Shown here: one piece after another, positions 1-11,232 of the stretch
Numbering within the stretch: position 1 is the stretch's first letter
Layout of the letters: each line of letters begins with the position of its first letter
Source: Psammoneis japonica
Taxonomy: Eukaryota
Assembly (NCBI GenBank): GCA_008632985.1
Contig: QPGO01000360.1
Coordinates: 1 to 41,025, forward strand
Direction of reading: 5' to 3'
DNA length: 41,025 bases
Program-made: the position numbers and the translations under genes
The notes under the pieces: model-generated
What the model was told of the DNA's origin: nothing
Database searches by the model: none
Seen by the model: only the letters and a program-made list of their open reading frames with translations

Positions 1-271
1 CATGACGGGTGAAAGCGTTGTTCGAAGCCACCTGAATGGAAGGAATCACAGGCAGGCCAAACGTCAGTGCTTTGAAAACGGCTGTCTTGCTAATAATTAT
101 GCAGCGGAAGCTTTATCTGAACGGATCGATTCGCTTGGACTGCCCAGGTGGAGGTGGAGAGAAAAGGCGATGCTGCTAGATTACGTTCAGGGAGGAGATT
201 GTAGTCCTCACACGAACGCCCTTTACGACGAGGCAAAGGCGATGCTGGAACACTACGAAAAGATGGAGCGC
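1..271 (+). CDS. Partial host CDS (zinc-finger-like HLNGRNH motif, then ...LEHYEKMER), cut by the LTR and open at the left edge
   Basis: ORF 2..322 reads plausibly to EKMER at ~271, then runs into LTR sequence. Base composition is normal. Confidence 0.45.
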
Positions 272-618
272 TGTGGGAAAGTAGCCGGAATTCTGGGATT
301 CGTCTGCACTTTCAGTGATTAAAAGCTGTGATTGCGACACAACAATCAATCAGTAACTTTATTGTGCCAAAAGTTGAGAGGTGACAATCAGTACGTTAGA
401 AAGATTATGAGCAGTTTTTATGAGCAGATGCAGCTGCCATCTAAAAGAAACGCGAAGTTAAACAAGCGCGAAGCTAGGAACAAACATCGCATTCGTGACT
501 CGGCTTCCGCGGGATTCGAGACTGAGCATCGCACACGGGGTTCGAATCTTGGATCTCTGATTTGAATCGTGGAGGTCCGATGTTGTTGTAAAAACATGCA
601 AATATGAATATTGTCACA
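272..618 (-). repeat. 3' LTR (347 bp)
   Basis: tgtgggaaagtagcc...ttgtcaca; matches 6422-6768 except for 10 substitutions. Confidence 0.95.
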
Positions 619-626
619 CTCCCTTC
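619..626 (-). other. Polypurine tract
   Basis: Minus strand GAAGGGAG immediately precedes the TGTGACAA start of the 3' LTR. Confidence 0.8.
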
Positions 627-661
627 AACAATGTCGGGTGGAATGATGACTCGAAAACGTC

Positions 662-3600
662 TTACCACTTAAGGAGCGATTTCCTGTGTTTAACGAAGAG
701 ATTCTGTGGTAGAGGTTTGGTGAAAATGTCTGCAATCTGATCCGCCGTATCAATTGGTAGGATTGATATGAGACCTTGCGAACATGGTCTTTAAAGTGGT
801 GGAGAGTGAGGTTGAAGTGTTTTGTCCGAGGACGCATCTTAGGCAATCTCGCGATCTCCAATGCTCCAGAATTGTCTTCAAAAGCCTTACAATGTACGAC
901 TGGTGTCTTGGAAGGGACATTATGACCGTGATCCATAAATTCTTGAATGAGGTTCATAATTGGGATGGCGCTTCGAAGACTTTCGAAAGAGCGATAAATT
1001 CAGCTTCAGTAGTGCTGAGCGCGATCTGAGTCTGTAGCTTGGACGTCCAGACAATCGGACATCCTGCATAGGTGATGACAAACCCAGTTCGAGATTTGGA
1101 AGTGCCAACGTCATCGGGTGCAGTCAGCTTATTCCAATTGCCCACAAAGTCCGCGTCGGCGTGAACTTCAAGGGACTTGTCCGTTGAGGGCTGTAGTATA
1201 ATACCTTCAGTTCTGGTTGACCTTAGGTACTTACAGAGCCATAGTACGGCTTCACCGTGAGAAACCTTGGGATCGGAAGAAAAGCGTGCGACTTGGTGCA
1301 CCGCGTAAGCGATATCCGGTCGAGTGCTCTTCTCCAGAAAATTGAGCTTGCCGATGATGGATCGGTAATGAAAGCTCCCTTGGAAAGCAGGCTCACTCAT
1401 ATGCCTGTGGAGGATCTTGGAGGAAGGAGCAGGAGTAGACTTATCTGGTAGTCTCTTTGGAATATTGGCCATCTCCAGTATCTGATTGATAAGGTGAGGT
1501 TGGGTAAGTTTCATTCTGCCGTCTGGTCGTGTCTCGACGTTGACACCGAGATAGTCGTCCAGAGCGCCTTGATCATCAATATCAAAATTCTCATCTCTGA
1601 TATCCTGTATCGCCTTGTCAATAGCAGACTTGTCAGGGGATGCAAAGATACCGTCATCGACATAATGAATGAAAATGACATTGCCACGAAAATACAGGCA
1701 CTCATCAACCGCCGATTGTACGAAACCAATCCTTAACAATCCATCACGTAAGTGTTCTTGCCATACTCTCCCTGCTTGCTTTTGTCCATATAAGTTCTTG
1801 AGCAACTTCAGAACATGAGTCTTATCATTGCCATATTTTGTTTCAATTCCTGCAGGTAACTCCATGTACATATCATATTCGATATCGGCATGCGGATACG
1901 CCAGAACGAAGTCGACTTGGCGTGTATGCCACTTCTTAAGAATGGCAATGATCAGTAGGAGCCGGATAGTGAACCAGAAGACCACGGCAGAGTAGGTCTG
2001 GAAGTAGTTGACAGCATACTCTTGCTTTCCGCCGTGCACATTAAGTCGGGACTTCCATTTGTAGACGGCTTGAGTCTTAATATCTCTTTTGCGCTTCATA
2101 GACCATACCGAAGGGAGAACATCAACATCGTCAGGTACGTCCTCTCTTGGAATGAGTATCCAATGTTTCCTTTCAATATGATCATTGACCTCCTTAACAC
2201 AGGCCTTGATAAATTCGTCTCTGTCAGGTTCACGCACAGCCTGATCAAAGTACATGGTGTCGGGGTCCGAGCTCGCCAGAAAAGAGATAGGTGAGTCCAT
2301 ATCGTCCTGCAGTTTGTAATCATCCTCGTGCATCGCATCATAATATGCCTCTGCCTCTGCATTGTAGGAGACAATGCCTTGAGCCCGTTGTAGTTGGCTC
2401 TCGCGCATTCTTTCGGTCGGGCGTCGTTGTCGGCCGGACCTGCTGGTACTGGGTTGACCCATAGTGCGCTGTGGCTCAGATGGTGCGTCAGAATCATCTG
2501 GAGGCGTGTATAGCATTTCATCATCCGGTTGGGCATTATCAAATGAGTCATCAGTGGTAGACGTGTCAGTGGGATGCAGCAGCTGAGACGGGACATCCGA
2601 ATTCGGCTCAGGTGGTTCCGTTGTGGTAGGGACTGATCCCTCAACCGGTACGTCACTTGATTTCCCAAAGATGTTAAAAGTACTCCTTGTTTTGAGTTGT
2701 CTGAAACCTGTAATGCCTTGCCATTGTGAGAATGTAGGAGGATTCCCAGCAGATGGACGAACAGTCTCAAAGAAGTCGTCAAATTGTACGTGAAATTGCG
2801 GCGATACGAGTCCGGTCTGCAAATTCAGAACCAAGGTAACTGAACCTGCGTGTCTTGTTGATGGTCCCAAATTGATTCCTAACCTTGCCCTTGGTCCCAC
2901 TTAGGCAGCCTACCTCCTCCCTGCAACCGGTTGTGCAAGGCGTAGACGGGACAGCCGAAGGTATGGTGTTGTTTGAGATTAGGCTGGACCTTGACGGACG
3001 AGAAACGTTCCAGCGGAGAAGAACCGTCCTCGTGATTCGGTAAGTGATTCTTGATCTCGTTTGAGTTCCTGAGAGCGCTTGGCCATAAGTTCAACTCAAT
3101 AGCCGTTGGCCATCTCACTTTTGCATGCAGGAGTTGCTTCCGAGATTGCTCTTGGAGGTCCCTTATTCTTTTCTCCGCGATGCCATTTTGGAAGTGGGCG
3201 TTGACCCCACAATAGGATATTGTTTGCTGTTGCTTCTTGACGTCTTGTATGAAAGCATTATCAGCAAATCTTCCATTGTCGGCGTGGCAGTGTTGAATAC
3301 GGACGTGCATCCGGCGTGCGAATGCCTCGAAAGCGTGCTTGGCTTCGAGCGTCTCGGCTGAGGTAAGTCCTTTCTGCAAATATATGTATCCCAATCCGCT
3401 GAAATGATCAACAAAAATTGTCGCTGCTCGATACCTTTGTTTCGTAGGTCTCCCTTTGAGCTGTGGGATCAATCCAGGAGTAGGACTCTCGAGCTGGTCG
3501 ACGGATACGGCTTCTCCAGGCGAAGTTGCCAAGTGGATTCGTCGGTTCCGCTTGGACTTGGAGCGCCATGGTCGTTTCGTCATGGCACCGTATAGGCAGC

Positions 3601-4918
3601 CGGCACATTTTGGGTTGTGTACCTTTGTAAGGCGTTTCGGTCGAATGCCTAGGGCGGCCAATAGCTTTATCATTTTGAATGACATGTGGCCCAGGCGGTA
3701 ATGCCAACGCAATAGTTCACCCTGGTCATCTGTGGCAGCAAGGGCGTCATCATTTGGTATGATGTTGATGGGTTCCGGTAAGTCCTGCTGTACCTCCGGT
3801 GTCGTGAAATCCCTTAGGTTTTCCTCGTCTGAGTCTGAACGACTTGCTCCGTCTGTTGGCTCAAATAAGACAGGAGCATCCTCATCAGTAGTGTTGCGTG
3901 CGTCTTGCGTCTCGGAAGGACGTGTCTCGGATGGACTTCTGAAGACGTCTGTATCAATTGCAGCCTCGTCATCATTCGCAATACTCTCGTCGTCTGGTGG
4001 TATGATGTGAGCTTGATGGGCCACGTGCTCGATAGTTTCGACATCGGTTTGTTCTTCGACAGCGGCTGCAAAGGTCCGGTATTTGTTGGAACCGGGTGCG
4101 GAGCGCATCTTGGCGACATTAGAGTTGGCGGACCATGGAATCAGGCGATGGTACTTGCGCTGGTCCCACATCAGTAATAGTCCATCGTCCCTAGTCCAAG
4201 ATACGGTTCCGTGAGGCTCTGGCGTGTGGTCATTAGCTTGTTGGCTCCATTGCTGCGGGCAGAGAAGACAATGAGGTAAGTCCGGTACGAGTGGCGCGTC
4301 TCGAATTTTGATGCTGTGCACTCGTCCCATGTCGTCCTCAATTGCCCACTGCACTGTTCCTTCTCCCTTAGCACGTAAGTAGCCCTTGACACCGAGTGCC
4401 ACTTTGTTGGATTTGCGAAGAGGACCAATGAAGTGTGCCTCGTTGTTGGACATGGTGCAGGAAGAATGTGAGTCGACACCGATTACGAATGAGTCCGAAT
4501 CGTAAGTGGGCTCCGTTCGCTCGGGACGGTATGGTGTGGTTGAGTTGTACGCTCTAACCGTCTTGTATCGCGTAATGACATAGTGAGCCTTCTTGGTGGC
4601 CACTCTGGAGCGGTGACCTGGCCTCGTCGACGTATGATACCGTGCGCAGTACCTCGTCGTTGGCCGTCGCTGGTAAGTCTTAACTCGTCTTGTGCCTAGT
4701 TCAGCCAGGATATGTGAGATGACCCACTCACCCAGCGTCATTACGGCATGTGACAGGCGCTTACACTTTTCTGAAGGAAGGGATAGCATCATGAATAGCA
4801 GTATGATCCAGATCGGTGCTGCACATTTCATGACGCCAGCGACCGCTATCAGGAGCACTGACACAGTGACGGCTATCTGCAAGGACAGCAGCAGTGTCAG
4901 AGTGAACCTGTAGAGCAG
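662..4918 (-). CDS. pol: Copia Pol polyprotein (protease, GAG-pre-integrase, integrase, RT, RNase H) with three 1-nt frameshifts (~2898, ~985, ~775)
   Basis: PR IGVDSHSS; WHYRLGH...CAGC; integrase VSVDQ / HADNG / QNGIAE; RT KNLYGQKQAG, YVDDG; RNase H DADF, LSTTEAEF, EDNSG, and QIADIFTKPL...LKW* after frame correction. Confidence 0.93.
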
Positions 4919-6347
4919 TCACTCTTGATCCACTTCGTTTAGGATGGTAGAGATAGCACTTGCGAAGGAGACTTTCTTGTCCAACGTGTCTGTGGATGGA
5001 GCAGACTGTTGCTTGCGGAGTCTACAGCCTTGGTTGCCCGGATCATCAGGTAAGTGTATGACCCAAGCAGTGTGATATGGGCACCAGTGATAGTCGCGAT
5101 TGTTGACGCGCTTGTGACAGTGCTGATGACCGTTCACTGTCTTCTTAGGAGCGTCCTCCTTAGGCGGGACTTTCTTCCAGGCTTCGTCCGCTTTCTGTCT
5201 CTGACGTGGAGTGGTCTTGGTCTTCCTTGACCGTGTGCTTCTTTCCTTGGTTGAACCAGCCTTGGCCTTCAAAGCTTTAGATAGCTGAAGGTTCTGATCC
5301 TTGATGGAGTCTACCTTGGCTGCAAGCGCGACGATTTGCTCTTCAGCCGGTGACAGTGCTCCCCACTTCGTCGTCGTACCTGTCCTTGTGTAACATGATG
5401 TACTTGACGAATGCTTCGTCAGCAGCTGCGGCGTGTCCTTTGAATAGATTCATGATAAGGTCGTCGCACTGCTCTCCTCTAGCTTGGAGTCCGTCAACGT
5501 TGAGCTTGGCGTACTTGTTGAACTCTTCGATGTCCGAGTCAACAGCCGCCATGCACGCATCCAGGCTTGACAAGTTCTCGCGGAAGTAGTTGGTGGTAGA
5601 GCGTGTGTCAACGATGGCCTTTTGCGTAAGTAGCTTGAAGAACAGTGTGCCGATTTGATTTCCATTGATCGTGTGGGAATCTATCTCAGCCAATGTCTTG
5701 TCTCTTGCTTCCTCCGTAAGGGATTGAGAGATCGCCTCGGCCATCTGCACATTGTTCTGTGCTTGTCGCGTAGGTAGATTCGCGAAGGTGTTCGCGTGGG
5801 TTCTTACATCCTGCAGAGTGAGTGGTCCGTACTCGGAGATGAGATCTCGTGGAGTTCCATTCGCGTCGGGAATGGCAAGCATGTCTCCTGCCCCTGTTTT
5901 CCATCCTGCCTCGGCAGCTCGTTGACTGAGTGTCTCACAAAACCGTTTGAGACCTTCTGAATCGCCGCTGAACTCGTGCGGCAGCGGCGCAGCAGCGGCG
6001 TTCCAAAATTTGAGGCCTTGCGATGTGCCGTAGTCGATGAAGATGTTGGGACGGTGTTGACCTGGAGTCAACGCGAAGATCGGCAGTGGTGGCACAGGTG
6101 CCAATGGTGGTCCACCTGGCGGGACTCCACCTGGTGGGACTCCGCCTCCTCCTCCACCTCCTCCGCCACCTCCTCCTGGAGGTGCACCGGGAGGAACGAC
6201 TGGGGGAGGTGCAGGAGCGACTGGAGCGGCTGCAGGAGCAGGTGCTGTTGCCGGAGCAGCAGCAGTGGTAGGAGCTGCAGCGGGTGCAGCAGCGGGAGCT
6301 GCAACAGAGGCAGCTAGAGCAGCCGCGGTTCGTGTCTGCGTGACCAC
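4919..6347 (-). CDS. gag: Copia Gag; start codon now GTG; internal deletion/frameshift near 5370
   Basis: Ala/Pro/Gly-rich N-terminus, FALTPG, IDYGT, QAQNNVQM, DIEEFN, KWGALSPAEEQIVAL (second frame) and a WCPYHTAWVIH zinc-knuckle-like motif. Ends at TGA 4921-4919. Confidence 0.88.
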
Positions 6348-6407
6348 AGTGACAGCAGAGTAAAGTAGAATCGAGAGCTTAAGATCGATTGACTTAACTT
6401 GTAGATT

Positions 6408-6421
6408 GCGCAGAGGAAGCG
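6408..6421 (-). other. Putative primer-binding site complementary to the D-arm region of tRNA-iMet
   Basis: Minus strand CGCTTCCTCTGCGC directly follows the 5' LTR. Plus strand GCGCAGAGGAAGCG(TG) resembles the recalled iMet tRNA segment GCGCAGCGGAAGCGTG. Confidence 0.6.
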
Positions 6422-6768
6422 TGTGGGAAAGTAGCCGGAATTCTGGGATTCGTCTGCACTTTCAGTGATTAAAAGCTGTGATTGCGACACAACAATCAAT
6501 CAGCAACTTTGTTGCACCAAAAGTTGAGAGGTGACAATCAGTGCGTTAGAAAGATTGTGAGCAGTTTTTGTGAGCAGATGCAGCTGCCATCTAAAAGAAA
6601 CGCGAAGTTAAACAAGCGCGAAGCTAGGAACAAACATCGCATTCGTGACTCGGCTTCCGCGGGATTCGAGACTGAGCATCGCACACGGGGTTCGAATCTT
6701 GGATCTCTGATTTGAATCGTGGAGGTCCGATGTTGTTGTAAAAACATGCAAGTGTGAATGTTGTCACA
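6422..6768 (-). repeat. 5' LTR (347 bp)
   Basis: Direct repeat of 272-618 with TG...CA termini. Confidence 0.95.
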
Positions 6769-9700
6769 CCTTTTTGTAGACGCCTGCAAATGGACGTTTG
6801 GTTCTCTTTGCTCTTTTGAGAAAGAACTGCGCATTCCGCAAGCCTCCTCGATGTTTTCAAGGGCATCGGCGTTGTTGAAAAACAAGAGATCTTGGCAATC
6901 GTTCTAGACCAGAATGAAGCTTGGCACCAATCTGACGATCCGTTAAAGAGCGTGCTGACAGCACAACTGCGTTCTGCCGCAACTAAAGTCTTGAAGCATT
7001 TGTTTTTCATTGTTGTTAACACATTGTCTTGGAAGCGCCCTTGCAACAAAACCAGGGCCCTGTGATGCCGGTGCGTGCGACATGCCAGGGTAGAAGACAA
7101 CACTGCGCAGTCAGTGGACTTTTGTTCATGAAGTTGAGGCCGTTGCCTTGGTCCACCTCAGCTTCTTGACGATCTCGCCATCTTCGCTTCGCGTTCAGAC
7201 ACCCAAAGCAAACCACACACACGACTCCACTGTTCTGCGAATGGGAAAAATGGGTGTCATTGCCAGTCAATTCAGTCATGCGAACAATGGCGCAAGGGGT
7301 GGTGATCTCGCGCAAACACGCTGTCTTGTGCGCTGAGTTCGAATGATGGAACCTGTCACCAGAATGACATTTGTGGGATGGTGCTGGGCAACTTGGATGG
7401 GTGACATTGATGGCATCAGGGGGGTGCCTTGAGCTGATCTGGGATGAGGAAATGCAAGACCCTTGAAGACAATTGTGTGCTGCCCTCACTGTGGCTGGGG
7501 GGGGGCTCATTCTGGCATTGACACACTGCTGAATTCTGAACATGGCTTCTGCCATTTGGCAGCTGGTTGTGCTGGCTGTCAGATGGAGCACCACTTTGGC
7601 TTCCTTGCCAAAAGCTGGCCACAGCATGACATCACAAATGGAGTGAAATGGCCATGCTGCTCAAGGCAAGGCTTGAGACACTTGCACTTTTTCTCTCATT
7701 CATGATCCACTGGAACCTCTCCTGGTGTCTTGGACTGGCAAAACTTTGCATCAGCTCCATGTCACAGGAACACAAATGTGAATGTCAACTGCTGCCATGC
7801 ATGTCTGTCTGTTCTGCAATTTGCAAGCAAGGACATCTCTGTGGTCTCCATCCATCTTCCATCTTTTTGCTTGTGGATGTTGTTGGCATTGCCTGAGCAA
7901 CTGTTGGTGGACTGGATCAGGCTTCTCATGGGTGCAACCAGGGTTGACCAACAAGGGTTTGTCATGCATGATGCTGTGCAGGAAGGCCCAGAGGAGGGTG
8001 GTTGGCACACTGGAGTGTTCGCCAACAGCAAGCTCAGTTCCAGTGCAGACAATGCAAGACACAAGGAAGGACAGCTGCTCTGAGCGCTCCCACCCATTGT
8101 TGCACACCATTTGGCAGCTTCCATGTTGTCCCATCACAAAACATGCCACACTGCATTGTGCAGTCTGCAGAGCAAGCACGGAAATGAACTCAGCCTTGGT
8201 GTTGGTTGAAAAAGCAACAACCACGTGGCTTCCAGTCCAATGTGACAGATTTGATGGCACTGGCATTTCAGCTGTGCATCAACCAGGACATGTTGCTCAA
8301 CCAGGACATGTCACACTCATTGCCAGTGGTGAGTTGCAATTTTGGCAAGGCCTTGGATGACCAAGAATTTTTGACTTGGCTTTTCTGCCAGCAGTCTCAT
8401 TCTTCCATCTGGCTGATGAAGCCACAAGCTTTGTTGGCCTCTGCTGCTGGCTTTGGCCATGGCTCGTTGCCACACCTGTCCCATGCTGACTGGATGGATG
8501 CCCAGATTTTTGTCTGGTGTGGCAAGTTGCTTCTCCATGAGTGCATGGCAGGCAGCCCATGGTTTGCCAGCCAGCTCACAAATGTGTGCAACACCTGTCA
8601 CTCTGAAAGCAATCTGCGGGCTTTTCCATCATGGAGAATGAGCCGTTCTGACACACAGCACTGCTGGCATCAGATCTGCCAAGTCCTGCACCTCCAGATG
8701 GTCATCATGTGATGGTCTCAATGGTGCCATGGGCAACAATGGCATCTTTGAGTTCAGGTGGTTTGGTGAACTTGTGAAAATGGTCTTCTTCTGGAATTCG
8801 TTGGCTCTTGTGTCCTTGGATTTTTCATCAACGTCATGTGACACCGTGTCTCCTTGGATTTTTCATCAACATCATCTGACACAAGAACTCACCCACCTTT
8901 TTGTGCTCAGAAATGTGCCCAACTGCTCTTCTTGGGTTCCATTGCAGCACCACTGCTCTGCCGCTGAATGCCTCCACTCTGCCACTGAATGTTTTGGCAC
9001 GCTGCTCAGGAGGCGTCCCTGCTCAGGTGTCGCTCACTGCTCAGGCATCTCCTCCTCCTTTTGAGTGGTCTTCAGGTTCACTTCAAGCAGCCATTCCTTT
9101 GACTGGACCAGCATTTTGTGCTTGCCCGCGTCCCGATCTAGCTTGTGCTGTAGACTGCGAATTCCAGAATGTTGGCACAAAGTGGAAATCCGGATGAGTC
9201 CTTTCAGGCGATTTTCGCACATGCAATGTTTTAATTGAACACATTATTTCGCGTTTGTGTCATCAGGATGCCATCACACACTTCATTTGGCAGATTCTTG
9301 ATGAAATGATGGTGGATCTCATGCTTCAAACGATGATTTTCTGTGGATGCTAGGCAGACAGTAATTGCAACAGCGCCAGCCACTAGAGCAAATGCAATTA
9401 CAGTGGCACTGCTGTCTGGGCATGTTGCAATTGTGTCATCAAGAACGTGTCGTGAACAAGGAAACGACGATGGATCTAATGCTTCGAACGACAATTTTCG
9501 GTGAACACACGCTAGAGTCATTGCAACAGCACTAGAGATGGAGCAAATGCAAATCCTGCAGCACTGTCTGGATGTGTCGCAATGATGACATTGCAGCACA
9601 ACAAAGCAGTCATGCACAATGGATTCCTAAAATCACACATTGCCAATGGCATTCCTAGAAGCAACGCGGCCGATGACAGAACGCATTTCATGCTAAATCG
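6769..9700. other. TpA- and CpG-depleted degenerate block of unidentified origin (decayed repeat or pseudogene)
   Basis: TG/CA-rich. TA is almost absent between ~7030 and 9130. Only Cys/His-rich junk ORFs are present. Confidence 0.7.
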
Positions 9701-9925
9701 CTGTTGAAAGTGAATCACCCTTTTTTGGAGGTTGTCTTTGAGTTAAGAGAAGGATCTGGAGGGGGTGGGGGGAGGAGGAACCTGCGGAGGCAACGGCGGC
9801 GGCGGAAGAGGCGGCGGCGGCGGCAACTGACGATCCCACGTTGTCTTCCCCAACAACTGGTTGAAGCAACAGCTTTTCCCTGTTGCTGGATCCTTGGCTT
9901 CCTTCCAGCCATGAGGAAGAAGCAA

Positions 9926-10015
9926 AGGAGGTCCAGCAGCAGCCTGAGCAGGCGCAGGAGGTCCGGCAGCAGCCTGAGCAGGTGCAGGAGGTCCAGCAGC
10001 AGCCTGAGCAGGCGC
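9926..10015. repeat. 30-bp coding tandem repeat x3 (PAQAAAGPPA)
   Basis: aggaggtcc(a/g)gcagcagcctgagcagg occurs three times. Confidence 0.85.
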
Positions 10016-11232
10016 CGCTGCATTCTGAAAAGTCGGAGCGCCGAAAGACGCTCCCGGCGGAACCTCGTTCAGCTGTTGCCGCTGGCGATCAAGGAGTGCC
10101 TGGTGTGACCAACAATGAAAGCATCAGATCAACACAAACAAATGAGATGTTTCAGGACACTTGCGTGCACTCACCGACTGCAAAATGCCTTGGTTGGCAA
10201 AACCCAGACCACTCATTCCACTGGCAATGGCGATTCTAGCGTTTGCAGATTCTAGCCTGTCCTTGCGCTCCTTGTCCTTCCTTTTGCTCTCTCTTTCTTT
10301 ATCCTCTTGCTTGAGTCTCGACTTGTTTTCCAGGAGAAAATTTTTTCCTTCAAGCACGACGGCTTCTTTCTCCAGCTTCATCTTCATTTCCTCCTGCCGC
10401 TTGATGGATGCATGCTTCATCTCTTCCAACTTAAATTGAGCCATTGCTCGCTCATGTTCCCTTTTCTCGGTTCTGTCTGCCACCAACTGCAGCTTCACAC
10501 GACTGTTCTCATGCTCCAAAGCTTGAAGCGACCTCACCTTGGCTTTACACTCAGACATCTCCGCATCTCTCTGAGCGATGGTGCGGCGGCACTCCTCTCC
10601 TTTTTCAGTCAGCTTGGCACTCTTCTTCTCTTCTGACAACAGATCCTTCCTGAGCTGGCTCAAACTCCGCTGTGCATCCGTCTTGACAGACTTCAAAGCC
10701 TGAAACTTGGCATCCACGCTTGCTGCTTTAAGCTCAGAAGTGGCCAAGCTCCGCTCCAGAGCGGTGGCTTTCCTCTTCGAAGTTGCCACCTCCTTCTTCA
10801 GCTGTGCAACTTCTTTCTTGGCATCTGCAATGATCTCCTTCTTTCCTTCCAGCTGCTCCACAACCTTGGAGAGCTTTTGTTCGCTGGCTCTGGCGGCCTT
10901 GGCAGCGGCATGGTCGTTGGCGTCAGCTTCTTCCTGCTGAGCGACGAGCGCCGCTTCAGCGCGCTCGAGCTTCCGCTGGATCTTGTTGAAGCTCCTTTCT
11001 GCAAGGGGGTTACGAGGTTTCGATCCCCCTGATTGCTTCGAACGCTTGTTGGGTGGACTGCGGTCGTCTTGACCATCAGCAGGCCTCTTGGGGGGCCTTA
11101 GAATCATCCTCGGCAAAGGCATGACGTTTTCATCATCGCCAGAAGATTCTTCGACAGCAGAAACGTCGCCGTTAACTACAGGATCACTGCCCGTTTCCTC
11201 CCAGGACGCTTCGTCAGCTTCTTCTGACTCAA

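Larger units (their letters stand above)
272..6768 (-). mobile_element. Ty1/Copia LTR retrotransposon (CoDi-like), near full length
   Basis: Two 347-bp direct LTRs with TG...CA ends, gag-PR-IN-RT-RH order on the minus strand, and a polypurine tract next to the 3' LTR. Confidence 0.97.

Noticed and set aside
272..618. Classical RIP (CpA->TpA) acting on the 3' LTR
   Set aside because: Conserved Tyr->Cys/His changes, the GTGC/GCAC double hit and block-wide TA loss all point the opposite way.
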